Shown here piece by piece: positions 57,466 to 64,000 of a stretch of 64,000 nt of DNA (position 1 is its first letter; the number at the start of each line of letters is the position of its first letter). The position numbers were made by a program, and so were the translations under genes. Under the pieces are notes generated by a model. It was given only the letters and a program-made list of their open reading frames with translations, did not search any database and had not been told where the DNA came from. The DNA is from a bacterium (GTDB lineage: Bacteria > Zhuqueibacterota > Zhuqueibacteria > Oceanimicrobiales > Oceanimicrobiaceae), in the NCBI GenBank assembly GCA_046758365.1, contig JBHIAC010000001.1, positions 64,001 through 128,000 on the forward strand, in the 5' to 3' direction.

Positions 57466-59001
57466 ATGCGAAAAATAATCATTCCGATATTGATTTTATT
57501 ATCACTCTTTTATTTCACTTCATTGTTTGGTCAAAGTCATAGCGAATTAAGTTCGGAGGAACATTCAGAAGCATTTGGGATAGGAACTAAATTACCTCTT
57601 TGGAGCATCATTCCATTTATCGGTATTTTGCTGTCAATAGCCATCTGTCCCTTAGCCGTAGGCGAATTCTGGCATCATCATTTTGGGAAAGTTTCTGCAT
57701 TCTGGGCTTTAGTATTTGCTATTCCATTTTTATTGGCCTACCATGATGAAGCTATTCATGAAATTCTTCATATTTATATCATCGATTATTTTCCATTTAT
57801 TATCCTTCTCTGGTCTCTTTTTACTGTTGCAGGGGGAATTCTGGTTGAAGGGACTATAGTTGGGACCCCATTAGTTAATACGTTCATGTTACTCATCGGA
57901 ACGGCGATGGCATCATGGATTGGCACCACCGGGGCCGCCATGGTTATGATTCGACCGGTTTTGAGAGCCAATGATTTTCGAAAAAAGAAAGTTCATATCG
58001 TGGTGTTTTTCATTTTTTTGGTTGCTAACATTGGTGGCTCATTAACACCCTTGGGCGACCCGCCGCTTTATCTTGGCTTTCTGCACCACGTGCCATTTTT
58101 CTGGACTTTAAATTTAATCAAGCCAATGGGACTCATTGCTATAATTCTTTTGGGTTTGTTTTTTTTAATAGATACTTTAATGTACAAACGAGAAAAGAAG
58201 GAAGGTCCATCCATAACCGAGGAAGAAGCGAAAGAATCTGTGGTTACGGTTAATTCAGAGATGGCAGAGGTACCCATTAATCCTGGCACACAGGCGATAA
58301 TTCAAACTCAGGCATTGCGAATCCGGGGACTGTTTAATTTTATATTTTTGGCAGGCGTGATGGGAGGCGTATTAATGAGTGGCCTTGTAAATATAGGTGA
58401 TATTACCATCTTAGGGGTTCATACCAAAATTCAATATCTGCTAAGAGAAGTGATTTTATTACTTATGGGATTTCTGTCCTTAAAATTAACGTCTCAAAAA
58501 ATACGGGAAACAAATGAATTTAATTGGTTTCCCATAAAAGAAGTGGCTTATCTTTTTGCCGGCATTTTTATGACCATTGTGCCGGCGCTTGCCATACTAC
58601 GAGCTGGCGAGGCGGGACATCTTGATTTTCTGATTAGGTTTGTAAAGGAACCCAAACATTATTTTTGGGTCACTGGCAGTCTGTCGAGCTTTTTAGATAA
58701 TGCTCCAACTTATCTGACATTTTTGAATACAGCGTTAGGTAAATTCTATGCAGGCACCAGTTTAATTGAGAGCCAAATGGTGGCTAAATTAATCAATGAA
58801 AACGGGGTATTTCTATTGGCTATTTCAACTGGAGCCGTATTTTTTGGTGCTAATACCTATATAGGAAATGCACCAAATTTCATGGTTAAAACCATTGCCC
58901 AATCAAGAGGGGTGAATATGCCCAGCTTTTTTGGTTATATGCTGTGGTCAGTAGTAATTTTAATTCCAATGTTTCTGATCGTATCCTGGATTTTCTTTTA
59001 A
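57466..59001 (+). CDS. Putative sodium:proton antiporter (IT superfamily)
   Basis: GTTGA, NIGGSLTPLGDPPL, SSFLDNAPTY, TYIGNAPNFMV motifs; N-terminal signal-like segment. Confidence 0.85.
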   Translation: MRKIIIPILILLSLFYFTSLFGQSHSELSSEEHSEAFGIGTKLPLWSIIPFIGILLSIAICPLAVGEFWHHHFGKVSAFWALVFAIPFLLAYHDEAIHEILHIYIIDYFPFIILLWSLFTVAGGILVEGTIVGTPLVNTFMLLIGTAMASWIGTTGAAMVMIRPVLRANDFRKKKVHIVVFFIFLVANIGGSLTPLGDPPLYLGFLHHVPFFWTLNLIKPMGLIAIILLGLFFLIDTLMYKREKKEGPSITEEEAKESVVTVNSEMAEVPINPGTQAIIQTQALRIRGLFNFIFLAGVMGGVLMSGLVNIGDITILGVHTKIQYLLREVILLLMGFLSLKLTSQKIRETNEFNWFPIKEVAYLFAGIFMTIVPALAILRAGEAGHLDFLIRFVKEPKHYFWVTGSLSSFLDNAPTYLTFLNTALGKFYAGTSLIESQMVAKLINENGVFLLAISTGAVFFGANTYIGNAPNFMVKTIAQSRGVNMPSFFGYMLWSVVILIPMFLIVSWIFF

Positions 59002-59516
59002 TGATAACTTTTCTATTTTTTTTATTTGCTAGCATAGCTATAGCTTCCGCAATCATGATGCTTGTTCATCGGAATCCCATCTACTGTGCTCTGTTCTTAA
59101 TTGTGACCCTGTTTGCATTGGCTGGCCTTTACGTTTTATTGAATGCACCATTTATAGCAGCGGTTCATGTCATCGTTTATACTGGTGCTATTATGGTCTT
59201 GTTTTTATTTGTCATAATGCTCTTAAATCTTAAAAGTGATATTGCCAAAGAGCGACCTAGTTGGCTGTTACAGATGCTGGGTATAATTGTAGCGGGCATT
59301 TTTTTTATTGAGCTCGCTTTTTTTGTGCATTCTGGTTCCAATAGTGCATCGGCTGCCGCATCATTTATAAAATCAGGAAATCAACTCGGTAGTACCAAAG
59401 CTATTGGTAATTTGCTTTTTACCGAATACTTACTTCCTTTTGAGATCGCCTCTGTTTTGCTCCTGGCTGCTATTATTGGTTCTGTGATTTTAGCTAAGCG
59501 GAAATTAAAAGAATGA
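59001..59516 (+). CDS. nuoJ: NADH-quinone oxidoreductase subunit J
   Basis: [34 protein letters not shown] overlaps the antiporter stop (TAATG). Confidence 0.93.
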   Translation: MITFLFFLFASIAIASAIMMLVHRNPIYCALFLIVTLFALAGLYVLLNAPFIAAVHVIVYTGAIMVLFLFVIMLLNLKSDIAKERPSWLLQMLGIIVAGIFFIELAFFVHSGSNSASAAASFIKSGNQLGSTKAIGNLLFTEYLLPFEIASVLLLAAIIGSVILAKRKLKE

Positions 59517-59818
59517 TTGTACCAATTTCTTATTATTTAATCTTAAGCGGAATTTTATTTACCATAGGCGTTATTGGTGTGCTTACCCGACGCAACGCCA
59601 TAGTGATTTTTATGTCCATCGAGCTCATGCTCAACGCTGTTAATTTAACCCTAATTACTTTTTCTAATCATTTAAATACCCTGGACGGTCAAATATTTGT
59701 ATTTTTTGTGATGGTCGTAGCAGCAGCAGAAGTAGCGGTTGGTTTGGCTCTCATTGTGGCTATTTTTCGAGTAAAAGAATCGGTATACGTAGATGAAATT
59801 AATTTGATGAAATGGTAA
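59513..59818 (+). CDS. nuoK: NADH-quinone oxidoreductase subunit K
   Basis: [20 protein letters not shown]. Confidence 0.95.
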   Translation: MIVPISYYLILSGILFTIGVIGVLTRRNAIVIFMSIELMLNAVNLTLITFSNHLNTLDGQIFVFFVMVVAAAEVAVGLALIVAIFRVKESVYVDEINLMKW

Positions 59819-59821
59819 GGT

Positions 59822-59929
59822 TAGCGAATAGAGAATAGTGAATAGGAAATAGAATTCAGAATATAAGGTTTACGGGACGCCACAATGACACTCACTATTC
59901 ACTTTTCGCTATTCACTATTCACCATTCA
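59822..59929. repeat. Heptamer-periodic inverted-repeat element between nuoK and nuoL
   Basis: Left (GAATAGN)n-type units vs right CACTATT-CACTTTT-CGCTATT-CACTATT-CACCATT. Confidence 0.85.
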
Positions 59930-59961
59930 GATTGCAAAACCAAATTGATTAGCGAAGTAAG

Positions 59962-61884
59962 ATGCACGACTATATCTGGTTAGTTCTACTTTTACCCTTA
60001 CTCGGTTTCCTCATCAATGGCTTGTTCGGCTATCGTTTGAAGGAAAAGCAAGTTGGCATCCTTGGGTCGGCTGTAGTGGGTCTGTCATTTCTCGTTTCCG
60101 CATTTATATTTTTTAGCCTCTTAAACATTCCGGCAGAAGAACGTACCTTTACCAAAACCATCTACACTTGGATTAGCACCGGCTATTTTGAAGTTAATAT
60201 TAGCTTTTTAGTCGATCCCCTGTCGGTGGTGATGATCTTGGTGGTCACTGGAGTCGGCTTTTTGATTCATGTCTACTCAATAGGCTATATGGCGGGCGAC
60301 CGTGGATTTGCCCGCTATTTTGCCTTTCTTAATCTTTTTACCTTTTCCATGCTACTTCTGGTTTTAGCCGATAATTTTCTGTTGTTGTTCGTTGGATGGG
60401 AAGGGGTTGGCCTTTGCTCCTATTTACTCATTGGCTTCTGGTTTGAAGATGATTATAATGCCTATGCAGGAAGAAAGGCCTTTGTGGTCAATCGCGTTGG
60501 CGATTTTGGATTTCTGCTGGGACTTTTACTGATATTTTTTCATTTTGGGACCTTAGACTTTACTTCTGTTTTTAGTCAAGCTTCTACTGGTCTGCGCACT
60601 GGAATGGCCACCGTGATTGCACTTTTACTTTTTGTAGGCGCTACTGGAAAATCGGCACAGATTCCACTCTATGTTTGGCTTCCTGATGCCATGGCTGGCC
60701 CAACGCCGGTATCAGCCCTGATTCACGCAGCCACCATGGTGACGGCTGGAGTTTACATGGTGGCGAGGTGTCATGTGCTCTTTTTGCTATCACCTACGAC
60801 CTTGACCATTGTAGCCGTGGTCGGTGCAGCAACCGCATTTTTAGCCGCCACCATCGCGTTGGTAAATCCGGATATTAAACGGGTGCTGGCCTATTCTACT
60901 ATCAGTCAAATAGGATACATGTTTTTAGCTTGTGGTGTTGGTGCATTTTGGGTTGGTATTTTTCACCTAAGCACCCATGCCTACTTTAAGGCTCTCCTCT
61001 TTTTAAGCGCTGGCAGTGTGATGCACGCTTTGAATGGTGAAACCGATATGAATAAAATGGGCGCACTCAAAGACAAACTTCCTTTAACTTACTTTGTATT
61101 TTTGATTGGTGCCTTAGCCCTGGCAGGGGTGCCCTTTCTCTCTGGCTTCTTTTCAAAGGATGAAATATTATGGAAAGTTGTCGGAGTAGGAAGCGACTAC
61201 GGTGGTTTTGTATTTTGGCTGATGGGGGCTTTTGTGGCAGGACTCACAGCCTTTTATATTTTTAGACTAATATATTTAACTTTTTATGGTAAGTCCCGTG
61301 TTTCAGTAGAAGTGGCCCATCATATCCACGAGTCGCCGAAAATTATGACTATCCCCTTAGGCATTTTGGCGTTTTTATCAGTGACAGGTGGATTCATTGG
61401 TATTCCTCACGTTTTTAATAAATTTGAGCATTTTCTCGAACCAGTTTTTTTGCGTTATGAAACCAAAGGCATAGTCCATGCGACTCCAGCTCCTTTGGAT
61501 CTGGAATTGAGTTTCATGGGTATTTCAATACTCATCGCTTTCTTGGGAATTGGCTTTGCTTATCTTTTTTATGTTAAAAGGCCAAACCTTCCAGTTGAAT
61601 TGTCTAATAAAGTCAAGGGCCTGTATGCTTTCTTATACAAAAAATGGTACATGGATGAACTATATGAGGCTGTAGTAGTCCGTCCTATTAAATTCACAGC
61701 GGACATTATTTTCTGGCGCTGGTTTGATGTAAAAATCATTGATGGTCTGGTTAATGGGGTTGCTAATTTGATAAAGAAAGGGGGCGATGGAGTGCGTCGA
61801 ACTGAAACAGGGGTCGTTCAAAATTACGCTCTCTCTATTGTGATTGGCGTGGTGCTATTAATTGGTTATTTTCTATTAAGATAA
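59962..61884 (+). CDS. nuoL: NADH-quinone oxidoreductase subunit L
   Basis: GWEGVGLCSYLLIGFW, KSAQIPL..WLPDAMAGPTPVSALIHAATMV, GFFSKD. Confidence 0.96.
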   Translation: MHDYIWLVLLLPLLGFLINGLFGYRLKEKQVGILGSAVVGLSFLVSAFIFFSLLNIPAEERTFTKTIYTWISTGYFEVNISFLVDPLSVVMILVVTGVGFLIHVYSIGYMAGDRGFARYFAFLNLFTFSMLLLVLADNFLLLFVGWEGVGLCSYLLIGFWFEDDYNAYAGRKAFVVNRVGDFGFLLGLLLIFFHFGTLDFTSVFSQASTGLRTGMATVIALLLFVGATGKSAQIPLYVWLPDAMAGPTPVSALIHAATMVTAGVYMVARCHVLFLLSPTTLTIVAVVGAATAFLAATIALVNPDIKRVLAYSTISQIGYMFLACGVGAFWVGIFHLSTHAYFKALLFLSAGSVMHALNGETDMNKMGALKDKLPLTYFVFLIGALALAGVPFLSGFFSKDEILWKVVGVGSDYGGFVFWLMGAFVAGLTAFYIFRLIYLTFYGKSRVSVEVAHHIHESPKIMTIPLGILAFLSVTGGFIGIPHVFNKFEHFLEPVFLRYETKGIVHATPAPLDLELSFMGISILIAFLGIGFAYLFYVKRPNLPVELSNKVKGLYAFLYKKWYMDELYEAVVVRPIKFTADIIFWRWFDVKIIDGLVNGVANLIKKGGDGVRRTETGVVQNYALSIVIGVVLLIGYFLLR

Positions 61885-61892
61885 AATTAAAT

Positions 61893-61947
61893 GATTATAC
61901 CCTTACTCGGCTAAACTCCCTATTGTTGTTATTTTTAAGGTATAATC
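61893..61947. repeat. Inverted repeat between nuoL and nuoM
   Basis: GATTATACCCTTA (61893-61905) vs TAAGGTATAATC (61936-61947): 12 bp with a 1-nt bulge. Confidence 0.6.
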
Positions 61948-61963
61948 TTATAAGTTATTCAAT

Positions 61964-63529
61964 ATGACTTTTCCAATTTTAACAATTATAACATTTTTTC
62001 CACTTTTTGGGACTTTTGTTTTACTTTTTATAAAAAATGAGAAGTTAGAAACAATTAGGGTGGTAACTTTTATATCGACGCTCATTGTTTTTGTAATTTC
62101 GTTACCCCTCTATTTTGAATTTGATAGCAAAACCGGAATGCAGTTTGAAGAATTCATCTCTTGGATTCCTGCCCTTGGTGTAAATTATCATTTGGGCATT
62201 GATGGTATTAGCCTCTATATGGTTTTGCTTACCACATTCTTGACTCCTATCGTGGTCCTCGCTTCGTGGAAAGGTGTAACAAAAAATGTTAAAGGTTTTA
62301 TGATTTCCATGCTGATTTTGGAGACGGGCATCCTTGGCGTGTTTGTGTCTCTGGACCTCTTTCTTTTTTACGTGTTTTGGGAAGCCATGCTGATTCCCAT
62401 GTATTTTATTATTGGTATTTGGGGAGGAGAAAATCGAATTTATGCAGCCATAAAGTTTTTCATTTACACCATGGTTGGCAGCCTTTTGATGTTGGTGGCT
62501 ATTTTGGTTATCTATTTTTATCATGGAGGATTAACAGGAAATTATACATTTGACCTTTTAAGACTGCAACAAATAAACTTCCCATTAAGTTATCAGACCT
62601 GGCTTTTCTTAGCTTTTGGGTTGAGCTTTGCCATCAAAGTACCTATATTTCCATTTCATACCTGGCTGCCAGATGCTCACGTTGAGGCTCCTACCGCAGG
62701 AAGCGTAATATTAGCAGGAGTGCTTTTGAAAATGGGAACATACGGGTTTTTGAGGTTTTGTTTACCTATGTTCCCACAGGCAACCGCTCAATTTACTCCA
62801 CTGATTTTTGTTCTGGGTGTAATAGGCATCATTTACGGTGCGTTAGTTGCTATGGTTCAGCCTGACCTGAAAAAGTTGGTAGCTTATTCCAGCGTCAGCC
62901 ACCTGGGTTTTGTCATGCTTGGTATTTTTGCTCTTAACAACCAAGGTATTCAGGGCGGGTTAATACAAATGGTGAATCATGGGCTTTCTACTGGCGCCCT
63001 CTTTTTGATTGTTGGCATGATTTACGAACGGCGGCATACGCGTTTAATTAAGGATTTCGGCGGATTAGCTAAGCAGATTCCAATTTTTACTACCTTTTTT
63101 ATGATAGTAACATTATCTTCGATAGGACTTCCTGGATTAAACGGTTTTATTGGTGAATTCTTAATTCTTCTCGGAACATTTTTAAGCAGCAAACTCTTCG
63201 CCATATTGGCCGCTACTGGAGTCATTTTAGCCGCCGTTTACATGCTCTGGATGTTTCAACGAGTCATGTTTGGAAAATTGGATAAAGAAGAAAACCAACA
63301 CCTATTAGACCTTTCTAAGAGAGAAATAGCGGTGCTGGTTCCCATTGTTATTTTTATTGTTTTGATTGGTGTCTATCCTAATGCATTCTTAAAAAAAATG
63401 GAACCCACGGTTGATCATTTAATTGAGACTGTACAATCCAAGCAAGCTTTGGTTTTAGAATATGAAAAATCTTTTTCTGCCCAAACCCAAAGTCTCTTAA
63501 TGGACCCAGAGGTCACAAAGAAGCACTGA
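61964..63529 (+). CDS. nuoM: NADH-quinone oxidoreductase subunit M
   Basis: [49 protein letters not shown]. Confidence 0.96.
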   Translation: MTFPILTIITFFPLFGTFVLLFIKNEKLETIRVVTFISTLIVFVISLPLYFEFDSKTGMQFEEFISWIPALGVNYHLGIDGISLYMVLLTTFLTPIVVLASWKGVTKNVKGFMISMLILETGILGVFVSLDLFLFYVFWEAMLIPMYFIIGIWGGENRIYAAIKFFIYTMVGSLLMLVAILVIYFYHGGLTGNYTFDLLRLQQINFPLSYQTWLFLAFGLSFAIKVPIFPFHTWLPDAHVEAPTAGSVILAGVLLKMGTYGFLRFCLPMFPQATAQFTPLIFVLGVIGIIYGALVAMVQPDLKKLVAYSSVSHLGFVMLGIFALNNQGIQGGLIQMVNHGLSTGALFLIVGMIYERRHTRLIKDFGGLAKQIPIFTTFFMIVTLSSIGLPGLNGFIGEFLILLGTFLSSKLFAILAATGVILAAVYMLWMFQRVMFGKLDKEENQHLLDLSKREIAVLVPIVIFIVLIGVYPNAFLKKMEPTVDHLIETVQSKQALVLEYEKSFSAQTQSLLMDPEVTKKH

Positions 63530-63619
63530 GCACACTGAGATAGTTAAACTTAATGAAAATTGTAGTAGAAACTAAAACTCAGTGTGGGCTCTGGGTAATC
63601 TTTGAGTTCTCTGTGTCCA
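63501..63619. repeat. 9/10-mer-periodic inverted-repeat element overlapping the nuoM stop
   Basis: Left TGGACCCAGAG-GTCACAAAG-AAGCACTGAG-CACACTGAG; the right arm 63578-63619 reverse-complements to TGGACACAGAG-AACTCAAAG-ATTACCCAGAG-CCCACACTGAG. Confidence 0.75.
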
Positions 63620-63652
63620 ATGTAATGGAGTTAATAAAATTTTAAGAACTAT

Positions 63653-64000
63653 ATGAATGAGATTTCACTGACTTCAATTAACCTTTTCGTAGTTTCTCCA
63701 GCCATCGCCCTAACACTTACTGGATTTCTGATTATTGCGTTCGGATTACTGTTTCCAAAAATATTTCGTAGGGGTATTTTGAGCATTGCGCTTATTGGTT
63801 TAGCCGTGTCCTTCCTATTTACCTTCAAACTCTGGGACAGCTACCAACTTGCTTTTGGAGGCCTGGTTACGGCAGATAATTTTACCTTAATTTTTAACTG
63901 TATTTTCCTTATAGGTGCAGGTCTCAGTTTGCTCCTTGCTTTTAATGAACATGAAGGTCATTATTTGCTTTATCCTGAATTTTTTGCTATTGTCTTGTTT
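63653..64000 (+). CDS. nuoN: NADH-quinone oxidoreductase subunit N, N-terminal part (runs off the window; absent from the ORF track)
   Basis: Open frame MNEISLTSINLFVVSPAIAL...FGGLVTADNF...YPEFFAIVLF; position after nuoM. Confidence 0.85.
   Translation, partial: MNEISLTSINLFVVSPAIALTLTGFLIIAFGLLFPKIFRRGILSIALIGLAVSFLFTFKLWDSYQLAFGGLVTADNFTLIFNCIFLIGAGLSLLLAFNEHEGHYLLYPEFFAIVLF

Noticed and set aside
52857..59929. Heptamer arrays as CRISPR or simple VNTRs
   Set aside because: No repeat-spacer structure or cas genes; the arrays are inverted pairs rather than one tandem tract
605..63225. Many short ORFs on the minus strand or in alternative frames
   Set aside because: They overlap well-supported + strand genes and show no recognisable motifs; treated as shadow ORFs
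59001..64000. Mrp antiporter or hydrogenase membrane operon instead of nuo
   Set aside because: Separate J and K subunits and the L/M motifs match Nuo; no MrpE/F/G or hydrogenase subunits are visible

Overview
AT-rich bacterial window with about 46 genes, all on the + strand. Positions 1-42.4 kb hold a very large cell-surface glycosylation locus that begins before the window. It contains five polyprenol-phosphate-type GT2s, six GT4s, three LPG-synthase-TM (UPF0104) flippase-like proteins and five GT-C-type membrane proteins. It also has a Wzx/Wzy_C pair, amino-sugar enzymes (two PLP aminotransferases, WbqC, two hexapeptide acyltransferases, an SDR), an FrhB-like Fe-S protein, and a tail of secreted putative glycoside hydrolase, AlkP-family enzyme, DUF4956 and CotH kinase/beta-helix. 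A 2537-aa secreted SGNH/Ig-repeat protein with a FlgD-Ig/T9SS-type C-terminus follows, behind a sigma54 promoter with IHF and enhancer-like sites. The rest is carAB, then usp, a Na+/H+ antiporter and nuoJKLM plus partial nuoN. The C-terminal domain style and Gln after the signal peptides suggest an FCB-group organism such as KSB1/Calditrichota (inference). Besides the modular glycosylation locus, the most unusual signal is a set of distinct palindromic intergenic elements inside operons. One ~104-bp element occurs twice, 40 kb apart, with a compensatory base change and a central IHF-like site. No rRNA, tRNA, CRISPR or transposase was recognised. All family calls are by-eye motif recognition, not database searches.
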